Assembly (NCBI GenBank): GCA_965249725.1
Contig: CBDFMQ010000002.1
Span: 512,001 to 576,000 of the forward strand
Direction of reading: 5' to 3'
DNA from: Longimicrobiales bacterium
Lineage (GTDB): Bacteria; Gemmatimonadota; Gemmatimonadetes; Longimicrobiales; Gaopeijiaceae
DNA length: 64,000 nucleotides
The notes beneath the pieces were generated by a model. The model was not told the origin of the DNA and searched no databases. It saw only the letters and a list, made by a program, of their open reading frames with translations. The position numbers and the translations under genes were made by a program. This document shows, in pieces, positions 49,666 through 58,556 of this stretch (within the stretch, counting starts at the first letter, position 1; every line of letters begins with the position of its first letter).

Positions 49666-51710
49666 TAATCCTCGGGGAGTTCGTTCTCTGGATGGCCTTG
49701 CCGGTCGGCCTCTGGGGAGCCATCCTCGGGTTCGTAGGGGGGCGCAAGCAACGCGGCGACCTGGTCCTCAGTGCAGAGCGCAGCGTCTACGCGGTCTTCC
49801 TCCTTCTGATCCTGGCTTCCGCCGGAATCATGACGGCCTTCCTGACCGACCGCTTCGAATACTGGTACGTCGCCAACTACTCCAACCGTGACCTGGACAC
49901 GTTCTTCAAGGTGTCGGGGCTTTGGGCGGGGCAACGGGGCTCGCTGGTGTTCTGGGCGGTGCTGCTCTCCATGTTCTCCGCCATCGCGGTCTTCACGAAC
50001 CGAGACAAGAACCGCGAGTTCATGCCTTATGTGGTGGGGGTCCTCCTAAGCATCTCGAGCTTCTTCCTCATCGTGTTGTTGTTCGGGGACGTGAACCCGT
50101 TCGAGCGTCTCGCGTTCACGCCAGCGGACGGTCGGGGGCTCAATCCCCAGCTTCAGAACTACTGGATGACCATCCATCCGCCCACGCTCTACCTGGGCTT
50201 TACGGCGTTTACGGTTCCGTTCGCGTTCGCCATCGCGGCTCTTCTGAGCGGGAAGCTCGATACGAGATGGATCGCCATCACCCGAGGATGGATCCTGCTC
50301 TCGTGGTTCTTCTTGGCCAACGGCATCATCTTCGGCATGCGCTGGGCGTATGAGGAGTTGGGGTGGGGCGGATACTGGTTCTGGGATCCCGTCGAGAACG
50401 CGTCGTTGCTCCCGTGGCTGACCGCGACGGCCTTCCTGCATTCGATTCAGATTCAAGAAAATCGGGGGATGCTGAAGATCTGGAACATGAGCCTCGTCAG
50501 CCTCACGTTCCTGCTCACGATCTTCGCGACGTTCCTGACCCGCTCGGGCCTCATCGAGTCGGTCCATACGTTCGCCGAGAACACGACGATCGCCCTGATC
50601 TTCCTGACGTTTCTCGGCGTGGTGACGGGCATTTGTGTCCTGTTGATCGCATGGCGTTATCCGCTTCTGAAGAGTGAGAACCAGATCCAGTCGTTCTTCT
50701 CTCGGGAAGCCGCGTTTCTGTTCAACAACCTGATCTTCTTGGGCGTCGCCTTCGCGGTCCTGTGGGGCACCCTCCTTCCTCTCATTTCCGAGGGCCTTAC
50801 TGGACAGGCCATCACGGTGGGTCCGCCGTTCTTCAATCGCGTCAACCTACCGATCGGCATCGCCCTGCTCGCCCTGACCGGGATCGGTCCGGTCATCGCC
50901 TGGCGGAAGGCGTCCCGCCGCAACCTGATCAAGAACTTCGTGTGGCCTATCGTGGTCGGGATCGCAGTCGTCGCCTGGCTGTACCTGCTGGGCGCCCGGC
51001 AGACGATGGCGCTGGTCACGTTCGGTGTGGCCGCGTTCGTTATGACCATCATCACGGTCGAATTCGTGAAGGGCACCCGAGCCCGGGCTCACATCGAAGG
51101 GGAGGGCATCCCCAAGGCCTTCGTTCATCTTGTCCTGCGGAATCGACGGCGTTGGGGAGGCTACACCGTCCATGCCGGAGTCGTGATGATTTTCACGGCG
51201 TTCGCCGGTGCGGCCTTCGACCGAGAGGTGACCCAGACCCTCGATCCGGGTGAGTCGGTGACCCTCGCATCTCCCCTGGGACACGAGTACACGTTGACCT
51301 ATCAGGGACTGTCGTCGCCTCGTGGCCAGAACATGCTGAGGCAGGCGGTGGCCCTCCTGACGGTCGAGCGGAACGGGATCCCGGTGGGGTCGCTCACGAC
51401 CGAGAAGCGTCTCTACGTCACTTGGGAGTCTCCGGTAACCGAAGTCGGTATTCGATCTACCGCCTTCGAGGATCTCTACGTGATCCTCGAGCAGGTGGAG
51501 GACCTTGGAGGGGCGTTCGAAAACGATGCCTCCTCACAGCGGGCAACCTTCGAAGTCCAGGTCAACATTCTGGTGGGTTGGATCTGGTATGGAGGTCTCA
51601 TCCTCACGCTGGGAAGCCTGATCGCGATGTGGCCGTCCAAAGCGTCGGTAATGCCCGCGCCGCGACGCTCGGTGAAGGCGCCGGCGCCGGCCGCAACGGT
51701 CGGGGTATAG
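49662..51710 (+). CDS. ccmF: Heme lyase CcmF
   Basis: GLNPQLQ, HPPTLYLG, WAYEELGWGGYWFWDPVENAS and SVHTF motifs. Confidence 0.96.
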   Translation: MIILGEFVLWMALPVGLWGAILGFVGGRKQRGDLVLSAERSVYAVFLLLILASAGIMTAFLTDRFEYWYVANYSNRDLDTFFKVSGLWAGQRGSLVFWAVLLSMFSAIAVFTNRDKNREFMPYVVGVLLSISSFFLIVLLFGDVNPFERLAFTPADGRGLNPQLQNYWMTIHPPTLYLGFTAFTVPFAFAIAALLSGKLDTRWIAITRGWILLSWFFLANGIIFGMRWAYEELGWGGYWFWDPVENASLLPWLTATAFLHSIQIQENRGMLKIWNMSLVSLTFLLTIFATFLTRSGLIESVHTFAENTTIALIFLTFLGVVTGICVLLIAWRYPLLKSENQIQSFFSREAAFLFNNLIFLGVAFAVLWGTLLPLISEGLTGQAITVGPPFFNRVNLPIGIALLALTGIGPVIAWRKASRRNLIKNFVWPIVVGIAVVAWLYLLGARQTMALVTFGVAAFVMTIITVEFVKGTRARAHIEGEGIPKAFVHLVLRNRRRWGGYTVHAGVVMIFTAFAGAAFDREVTQTLDPGESVTLASPLGHEYTLTYQGLSSPRGQNMLRQAVALLTVERNGIPVGSLTTEKRLYVTWESPVTEVGIRSTAFEDLYVILEQVEDLGGAFENDASSQRATFEVQVNILVGWIWYGGLILTLGSLIAMWPSKASVMPAPRRSVKAPAPAATVGV

Positions 51711-51732
51711 TCGGTGGAGACGGAGTACTAGC

Positions 51733-52221
51733 GTGGGCCTCGTCCTCGGGGCGGCGCTGCTCACCATCGGCGTCATGCTCTTCCTCCTGATCCCCATCCT
51801 TCGCGGGGAATGGGCGTCGTTCCAGCGCGCTGATCACGAGCCCACTGAAGTCGATGCCCGAAAGCACGTGGCACTCAAGGGTCTCCGTGACGCCGAGTAC
51901 GACTTCAGGTCCGGGAAGTTGAACGAGGCCGACTACAGGCAGCTGAAGGCCGAGATGTCCCGGCAGGCTCTCGAGGCCATGGAGGATGCCAAGGCGGAGG
52001 CGGATCCAGGAGCCCTTTCCGAGACGGATCCGAACGTCGCATCCGAGACGGCGTCAGCCGTCGATTTCCTCGAGGAGGAAATCAATCGGGCGCGACGTGG
52101 TCTCGCGGATGGGCGAACATGCTCGGAGTGCGGGCATGTGAACGGGGAAGGGAGCCGGTTCTGTGCGGGTTGTGGCCGTCCGCTCGCAGCCGCCATGCCC
52201 CAGTCTCCCGCCGCGGGCTAG
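51733..52221 (+). CDS. CcmI-like N-terminus with C-terminal zinc ribbon
   Basis: TM, then LRDAEYDFRSGKLNEADY and CSEC-x10-CAGC. Confidence 0.65.
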   Translation: MGLVLGAALLTIGVMLFLLIPILRGEWASFQRADHEPTEVDARKHVALKGLRDAEYDFRSGKLNEADYRQLKAEMSRQALEAMEDAKAEADPGALSETDPNVASETASAVDFLEEEINRARRGLADGRTCSECGHVNGEGSRFCAGCGRPLAAAMPQSPAAG

Positions 52222-52225
52222 GGCT

Positions 52226-52939
52226 TTGAGCTTCGGCCTCGAGGCCGAGGGACTCGTCCGAACCTTCGGTGGCCTTCGAGCCGTCGACGGCGTCAGTTTC
52301 CGCCTCGCCCCGGGCGAACTCCTTACGGTCCTCGGGCCCAACGGGGCCGGCAAGACGACTCTGCTACGGATGCTCGCGGGCACACTTCGGCCCACGGCGG
52401 GGAATGTAAGGGTGTCCGGCGAACCGGCGGACATCGCCGAGCGGGAATGGCGGAGCCGGGTAGGCGTGGTGTCCCATCAGAGTCTGCTGTACGGCCAACT
52501 CTCGGCCGAGGAGAACCTGCGATTCTACGGACGTCTCTTCGGGCTCAAGGACCTTCGTGACCGAATTCACGAACGACTCGCCTCGGTCGGCTTGTCGGAC
52601 CGGGCCACCACGCCGGTGCGTGATCTCTCCAGAGGACTCAAACAGCGAGTCGCCTTGGCGAGGGCGCTTCTGCACGATCCCGAGGTCGTCCTGCTCGACG
52701 AGCCGTACGCGGGACTCGATGCCCACGCTGCCGCTGTACTCCGGGACCAGCTCGCCTCGCTGAAGAACGGCAGTCGCACGGTGGTGCTGGTCACCCACAA
52801 CCTGGGGCAGGGCTTGGAGATCGCCGACCGCATAGCCATTCAGTTCCGCGGTCGTTTCGTGGCGGTAGAGGATAGGGGCGGTTGGGACACCGAGGGGTTC
52901 GAGACCTTCTACCGCGCCACGGTCGAGGCGGCCGAGTGA
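52226..52939 (+). CDS. ccmA: Heme export ABC ATPase CcmA
   Basis: GPNGAGKT, LSAEENLRFY, LSRGLKQR and LLDEP; lies within the ccm operon. Confidence 0.9.
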   Translation: MSFGLEAEGLVRTFGGLRAVDGVSFRLAPGELLTVLGPNGAGKTTLLRMLAGTLRPTAGNVRVSGEPADIAEREWRSRVGVVSHQSLLYGQLSAEENLRFYGRLFGLKDLRDRIHERLASVGLSDRATTPVRDLSRGLKQRVALARALLHDPEVVLLDEPYAGLDAHAAAVLRDQLASLKNGSRTVVLVTHNLGQGLEIADRIAIQFRGRFVAVEDRGGWDTEGFETFYRATVEAAE

Positions 52940-53616
52940 TGGACTATCTTCGCCTCGTCTGGACGATCGCCCGGAAGGACGTGATGGTCGAGCTTCGGAC
53001 CTACGAGAGGCTGGCCGCGATGGGGGCCTTCGCCGTGCTGATAGGCGTCCTCTTCAACTACGCCATCGACACCTCTCAGGTGCGACCGCAAGCCATCGCC
53101 GCGGGGCTGATATGGATGACGATCCTTTTCGGGGGGATGTTGGGCTTGGGGCGCACCTTCCAGCTCGAACAGGAGGACGGAGCACTGACGGGCCTTCTGC
53201 AGAGCCCGATTCCGTTGGATGCGCTCTACCTCGGAAAGGTCGTGGCTAACTTCATTCTCCTCGGGATCATCGTGGCGCTCGTGTTCGTCGTCTTTGGAGC
53301 CTTCTTCAACCTCAGGTTTCCCGGAAGCCCGGTGGCGCTGACCGCGATTGTTGCGTTCGGAGTCTTGGGCTTTGTGGCGCTTACCACACTCTTCAGCGCG
53401 GTGGCGACCAGAAGCACCATGGGCGAGAGCTTGCTTCCTGTGCTCGTTTTCCCCCTCGTGGTGCCGGTGGTCATCTACGGAGCCACGGCCACGGGGCGCT
53501 TGTTCGCGGGACGCCCCGTCGCTGAAGTGACCGGGAACATTCGGATGTTGGCCGCGTTTGCCCTCCTGTTCCTACTGGCGGGCGCAGTGTTGTTTCGTTT
53601 CGTGATCGAAGAATGA
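52939..53616 (+). CDS. ccmB: Heme exporter permease CcmB
   Basis: IARKD, EQEDGAL, LYLGK and LLPVLVFPLVVP motifs. Confidence 0.92.
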   Translation: MDYLRLVWTIARKDVMVELRTYERLAAMGAFAVLIGVLFNYAIDTSQVRPQAIAAGLIWMTILFGGMLGLGRTFQLEQEDGALTGLLQSPIPLDALYLGKVVANFILLGIIVALVFVVFGAFFNLRFPGSPVALTAIVAFGVLGFVALTTLFSAVATRSTMGESLLPVLVFPLVVPVVIYGATATGRLFAGRPVAEVTGNIRMLAAFALLFLLAGAVLFRFVIEE

Positions 53617-53632
53617 AGGGGTCGTATCGACG

Positions 53633-54343
53633 ATGAACCTCAAACGAATCCGCTGGGGTGTGATCGGACTCGGGACGCTCGGCATCGCGACGGTGTTGCT
53701 CTTGCACTGGATGGTGTTCTTCTGGGTGCCTACCGAGTCGTTCCAGGGTGTGGTCCAACGAATCTTCTACATCCATGTACCGTCGTGGTGGATCACCTTC
53801 CTGGCCTTCGGGATGGTGGCGCTCTACAGCGCCGTGTACCTGTGGCTCGGAGACGAACGGTTGGACATGGCGGCCGTGGCTGCGGCGGAGGGAGGGATGG
53901 TGTTCTGCACCATCGGCCTCCTGACCGGTCCCCTCTGGGGCCGTGTAGCTTGGGGCGCCTGGTGGACCTGGGAGCCCAGGCTCACCCTGGCTCTTCTGCT
54001 CTGGTTCATCTATCTGGGCTACTTTCTCGTACGCCGAAGCACGTCCAACCCCGAGCAAGGCAAGCGGTTGGCGGCTGTCGTGGGGATCGTCGGCGTGTTG
54101 GACATCCCCCTCATTCACATCAGCGTGAGCTGGCTGCGGTCCCTGCACCCGGAAGCCGTGGTCATGAGGCCGGACGGACCGAACCTGGACTCCTCCATGC
54201 TGTGGACCCTGATGGTCGGGCTGCTGGCCTACACCTTCCTTTTCTTCTCGCTCTTCCTGGCTCGGTATGCCGTGGAGCGCTACGAGCGTGAGCAATTCCT
54301 CAGAGAGGCGACCCCGGCGGCTGCCCACGGAGCGGACTCATGA
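53633..54343 (+). CDS. ccmC: Heme delivery protein CcmC
   Basis: RIFYIHVP, Trp-rich WGRVAWGAWWTWEPRLT and SLHP motifs. Confidence 0.93.
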   Translation: MNLKRIRWGVIGLGTLGIATVLLLHWMVFFWVPTESFQGVVQRIFYIHVPSWWITFLAFGMVALYSAVYLWLGDERLDMAAVAAAEGGMVFCTIGLLTGPLWGRVAWGAWWTWEPRLTLALLLWFIYLGYFLVRRSTSNPEQGKRLAAVVGIVGVLDIPLIHISVSWLRSLHPEAVVMRPDGPNLDSSMLWTLMVGLLAYTFLFFSLFLARYAVERYEREQFLREATPAAAHGADS

Positions 54344-54582
54344 ACGACTTGATGCGGTATACCCGCGCGATCGCCGTACTCGGCGTCGCGCTCCTGGTGG
54401 TCCATGTGAGCCCCCTGTCGGCGATGGCTCAAGAGGCCGGTGCTCTCGGTCGGCAGACCTTGGGGCGGCCCTACTGGCACGTCTTTGCCGCCTATGCCAT
54501 CGCCTGGGTCGCGATCTTCGGTTGGGGCATCTCGATGGCACGTCGGCTACGTCGAGTCGAGGAGCGCTTCGGCGCAGAGTAG
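54340..54582 (+). CDS. ccmD: CcmD-like small membrane protein
   Basis: HVFAAYAIAW TM and a basic coiled tail; directly after ccmC with an ATGA overlap; extra N-terminal signal-like segment. Confidence 0.7.
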   Translation: MNDLMRYTRAIAVLGVALLVVHVSPLSAMAQEAGALGRQTLGRPYWHVFAAYAIAWVAIFGWGISMARRLRRVEERFGAE

Positions 54583-54602
54583 CACCGAGGAGGAAAGCGC
54601 TA

Positions 54603-55961
54603 CTACCCCGCCAGCGTGGCGATCATGTCCCGGAACGCTATCCACGCCATGAAGGCGAGTACCGGCGGAATCAGGTAACGGATCACGAGCACGAGGGCGG
54701 GGAGGGAACGGGCGATGAGGGGGGATGCGCCCTCTGAGAGGTGGCGCACCGGTTCGGTCATTCGTCGTCCGAAGAACAGCGACATTCCCAACACGCCGAC
54801 CACGACGAAGAACTCACCGGCGACCTTGTCGAGTATCCCCAGGAGGTCGCCCGAGAGAGCGACGAATACACCGATGATCGCGGCGAGCGTTCCCGCCAGC
54901 AGCGCTGCCGTCCGCCGGGGGAGCTTGAATTCGTCGATTCCCGTGGCTACGACCACCTCGAGGAGTGAGACCGTCGAGGTGATCGACGCCACGGCCAGAG
55001 CGACAAAGAACGAGACTCCGACCACCCGCCCGATGATCCCCATTTCTCTGAAGGCGCCCGGCAACGAAATGAAGAGCGTGCCGATCGTGCTCTCCGTCAT
55101 CTCACCGGATAGACCGAGCGCGAAGATCACGGGAAACACCACGAGCCCGGCGATGAACGCGACCGCGAAATCGGACATCGAGACGATCAGCGCTTCTCGA
55201 CCCAGGTTCTCGGTTCCGGACAGATAAGAGCCATACGTCAGCATGATGCCCATGCCCACGCTCAGCGAGAAGAAGGCCTGGCTGGCAGCTCCTTGGATGA
55301 CCAGTGGGTCCAGGAGCGAGCTCACGGACGGCGTGAGATAGAACGCATACCCGGGCGCCGCTCCGTCGAGCGTCGCGGCCCATATCGCGAGCGCGATGAG
55401 AATGATGAACAGCACGGGCATCAGGAGAACGCTGGCTCGTGCGATGCCTTTCTTCACACCCAGCAGGACGATACCCGTCGTCACTCCCATGATGAGGATG
55501 TGGTAGAAGGCGGCGACCGATCCGGTCGCGACCTCCGCGTATCGAGCCCCGGGTGTTGCGGAGTAGCCTGCGACGAGCCCGTCGAGGGCATATCGGATGG
55601 TCCAGCCCGTGATGACCGACAGATAGGAGACGATCAACAGCGACGTGAGTACGAAGAGGTAGCCCAGCGGAACCCAGGTGGCCCCCCCCATCGCGCGCAA
55701 CGCACCTACCGACGAGAGTCGGGTCCGACGCCCCACGCCGAACTCCGCCATCATCATCGGGACCCCGATGAGGAGGGTCATCCCGAGATACAGCAGCACG
55801 AACGCAGCACCTCCGCCCTCGGCGGTTCGGTACGAAAATCGCCACATGTTGCCAGGCCCGACCGCACTTCCCACCGCTGCCATGATGAAGCCCGCTCGGC
55901 TGCCGAAGAGTTCTCTTTGGCGCGAGGCGCCCGGTGGGAGCGCGGCTCCCGGCTGCTCCAT
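54603..55961 (-). CDS. NSS/SNF family sodium-dependent transporter
   Basis: RELFGSRAGFIMAAVGSAVGPGNMWRF, GGGAAF and QAFFSLSVGMG...TYGSY motifs. Confidence 0.93.
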   Translation of the reverse strand: MEQPGAALPPGASRQRELFGSRAGFIMAAVGSAVGPGNMWRFSYRTAEGGGAAFVLLYLGMTLLIGVPMMMAEFGVGRRTRLSSVGALRAMGGATWVPLGYLFVLTSLLIVSYLSVITGWTIRYALDGLVAGYSATPGARYAEVATGSVAAFYHILIMGVTTGIVLLGVKKGIARASVLLMPVLFIILIALAIWAATLDGAAPGYAFYLTPSVSSLLDPLVIQGAASQAFFSLSVGMGIMLTYGSYLSGTENLGREALIVSMSDFAVAFIAGLVVFPVIFALGLSGEMTESTIGTLFISLPGAFREMGIIGRVVGVSFFVALAVASITSTVSLLEVVVATGIDEFKLPRRTAALLAGTLAAIIGVFVALSGDLLGILDKVAGEFFVVVGVLGMSLFFGRRMTEPVRHLSEGASPLIARSLPALVLVIRYLIPPVLAFMAWIAFRDMIATLAG

Positions 55962-55963
55962 GC

Positions 55964-56950
55964 TCAGTTCCAGCTCAGCCCGCGGAGCTTTTCGACGTCG
56001 AGGTTCCCGCCACTCAGGACCGCACAGACCTTGGTGGCCGGCGGAGCCTCGATCAGCCCCTGAAGCAATGCTCCCACGGGTGCGGCCGCCGCGCCCTCGG
56101 GCACGAGCTTAGCCCGAGCCATCACCCACAGAACCGCATCGAAGATCTGCTCGTCGGGCAGCGTTACGATCTCGTCGACGAAGCGGGATACTACCGAGCG
56201 CGTGTGCTCCCCGACGCGTTTGACCCGAAGCCCGTCGATGACACAGTCGACCTCCTCCAGAGTGACGCGATGGCCCGCCTCGACACTGAGCTTCATGGCT
56301 GGCGCGCCGGAGGACTCCACCCCGATGACCCGAACCGATGGATTGACGCTCTTGACCGCCATGGAGACTCCAGAAATCAGCCCACCGCCGCCGATGGGTA
56401 CGACGACGACTTCGACTTCGGGGAAGTCATCCATGATCTCGAGTCCCACCGTGCCCTGACCCGCGATCAGGTCGGGATCGTCAAACGGATGGATATAGGT
56501 GAGCCCGCGCTCCTCGAGCAATTCCAGCGCCTTCTCGTTCGCCTCGTCCCAGATCTGTCCGTGCAGCACGACCTCGGCGCCGTAGCCCTCGGTGGCGGCG
56601 ATCTTCGAGGGTGTGGCGTTCTCGGCCATCACGACGATCGCCTTCACGCCGTACTGCCGAGCGGCGATGGCGACTCCCTGCGAGTGGTTGCCTGCGGACG
56701 AACAGATGACCCCGCGGGCCCGCTCCTCGTCCGACAGGAGCGAGATTTTGTTCATGGGCCCGCGCACTTTGTAGGCCCCGCCTCTCTGGAACAGCTCGGC
56801 CTTGAGGCGAACGTCGAAGCCCGTCTCCTCGCTCAGGGAACGGGATGTGAGCATGGGTGTGTGGTACACATGAGGGGCGACGACCGCGCGGGCTCGCTCG
56901 AAATCTGCGCGGGTCAGTGTGAGTTCGTCGCTTGTGCCCGTTTCGCTCAT
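55964..56950 (-). CDS. PLP-dependent threonine/serine dehydratase (no ACT domain)
   Basis: LKAELFQRGGAYKVRG, SAGNH, PIGGGGL and SGGN motifs. Confidence 0.9.
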   Translation of the reverse strand: MSETGTSDELTLTRADFERARAVVAPHVYHTPMLTSRSLSEETGFDVRLKAELFQRGGAYKVRGPMNKISLLSDEERARGVICSSAGNHSQGVAIAARQYGVKAIVVMAENATPSKIAATEGYGAEVVLHGQIWDEANEKALELLEERGLTYIHPFDDPDLIAGQGTVGLEIMDDFPEVEVVVVPIGGGGLISGVSMAVKSVNPSVRVIGVESSGAPAMKLSVEAGHRVTLEEVDCVIDGLRVKRVGEHTRSVVSRFVDEIVTLPDEQIFDAVLWVMARAKLVPEGAAAAPVGALLQGLIEAPPATKVCAVLSGGNLDVEKLRGLSWN

Positions 56951-57052
56951 GGATCGTTCTCGCGCTGCTATGGGAGGGTGGGGAATCGAGGGAATGGAAC
57001 GTACGCGGCGACCCCTGTGGGGCAACCGTTTCGGACTGGTTGATCGGCGCTG

Positions 57053-57067
57053 TGGCACACATCTGGC
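57053..57067 (+). promoter_or_regulatory. Candidate sigma54 promoter
   Basis: TGGCACACATCTGGC has GG-N10-GC spacing with a TGGCAC -24 box. Confidence 0.4.
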
Positions 57068-57145
57068 AAGGTGAGTAGGGTGGGGGGTCGTTCGGATGCC
57101 CCCGATCCACGCGGGAGGCTGGACGACAGAAGGGAGGCCGCCGTC

Positions 57146-58537
57146 ATGAAGACCACGCTCGAGAGGACTCGCACAGCAGTGATTCGAACGATCGCCATCA
57201 TCCTCATGGTTCCACTGGCGGCGGTGGCTCAGTCCACCAAGGTGTCCGGTACGTTGAGGCACGGCTCGGGGCTACTGGATATTCCCGTTGCGTCGGTGCT
57301 CCCACACATGGCGCTCAGCGGTACGTACTCGGGGTTCTGGACCAGCAACGACGTCGAATTCGCAACCGATGAGGAAGGCCGCGTTACAGGGACGGAGCCC
57401 TTCGAGGGGGGTTGGAACGGCGACCTGGCGTTGGCGCTAGGGCTCTTCGACCTGCTCGAGGTGGGGGCGACGATCCAATCCCTCGAGGGAACGTCGGGGG
57501 GTGGGGCACTCTGGGGTGCGTTCGGACGCTTCACGTTCCTCAATCCCCAGGTTCACGGTTTGGGCCTGGCGGTGGGAGGACGTTACCTGAACAGCCCCGA
57601 CTTCGGAGACGGGGTCGACTACGCTCCGACTCGTCTGGGCCGGGCCGATCGAAGGGTACGTGACCGCGTTGGTAGCTCGGGCGTCGATACCGACTTCTCC
57701 TTTTATGCCGTGGCCGGCGCGGACCTTCCGGGACTCGGGGCCAGCTTTCTCCCCAAACACGATTTCACGCTGAGCGCCGGGTGGGGCAACGGACTCTTCA
57801 AGGAAGGAGACGGCCTCGACTGGCACGAGTTCTCGGACAGTGAGGGCTGGTTCGCCGGTGCCGCGTGGCACCTGCAGGTCGGTCAAAGCAAGATCTTCAC
57901 CCTGATGAGTGAGTACAACGGCTTCGACTGGAATATGGGAGGGGAGCTGGACCTGGACGGTGTCGTCGTCGGTGCCCACGTCCTCGGGGTCAACTACTCC
58001 ACCGACACCTCGGTATACCGCAGTTCGAAGCTGGGATTGAAGGTATCGATGGCGCTCTGCGGTGCCCGTCTCTGCAAGGCCACGCTCCGGGATCGCCCTG
58101 TGGGGGAGGTGGTCGTGCTGCCCGCCCCGCCGCCGGATACGGTCGTGGTTCGGCCGACGCTTCCGACGGGCGTGGCAAGCACGTTGTGCTTGGCGACCGG
58201 CGCGTCCGTCGAGGTGTTCACCACAAAGGGGGGCGCGACGCTGGTGGGCCCGAGGCGGGTACCGCTGGAGGAGTTGAGACCTGCGATCGACTTCGCCGGG
58301 ACCTATGCGGAGGGTCGTGACTGGTTCGAGGCCGAAGGGTCGATTCCGTTCGACGGGAGTGAGTTCGGCCCGTCACCGGCCCCGGTTCGGCTGAGTTGCG
58401 ATGCGATTCGAGAAGTGTCCGAACACATGGGCGTGCCGCTCTTCGTGATGCGCGATGTGAGCGAGCCCTTCGAGGTGCTGTACGTGCCGGTGCGTCCGGG
58501 TGTGTGGAAGGCATACGGGGTGCTCCGGCAGGAGTAG
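57146..58537 (+). CDS. Exported protein, probable outer-membrane beta-barrel with Pro linker and C-terminal domain
   Basis: GGGAGG SD, signal peptide (AVA-Q), GLLDIPVA start, alternating aromatic/Gly beta-strands and a PAPPPDT linker. Confidence 0.6.
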   Translation: MKTTLERTRTAVIRTIAIILMVPLAAVAQSTKVSGTLRHGSGLLDIPVASVLPHMALSGTYSGFWTSNDVEFATDEEGRVTGTEPFEGGWNGDLALALGLFDLLEVGATIQSLEGTSGGGALWGAFGRFTFLNPQVHGLGLAVGGRYLNSPDFGDGVDYAPTRLGRADRRVRDRVGSSGVDTDFSFYAVAGADLPGLGASFLPKHDFTLSAGWGNGLFKEGDGLDWHEFSDSEGWFAGAAWHLQVGQSKIFTLMSEYNGFDWNMGGELDLDGVVVGAHVLGVNYSTDTSVYRSSKLGLKVSMALCGARLCKATLRDRPVGEVVVLPAPPPDTVVVRPTLPTGVASTLCLATGASVEVFTTKGGATLVGPRRVPLEELRPAIDFAGTYAEGRDWFEAEGSIPFDGSEFGPSPAPVRLSCDAIREVSEHMGVPLFVMRDVSEPFEVLYVPVRPGVWKAYGVLRQE

Positions 58538-58556
58538 GACCGGGCGGTAGGGAGCG

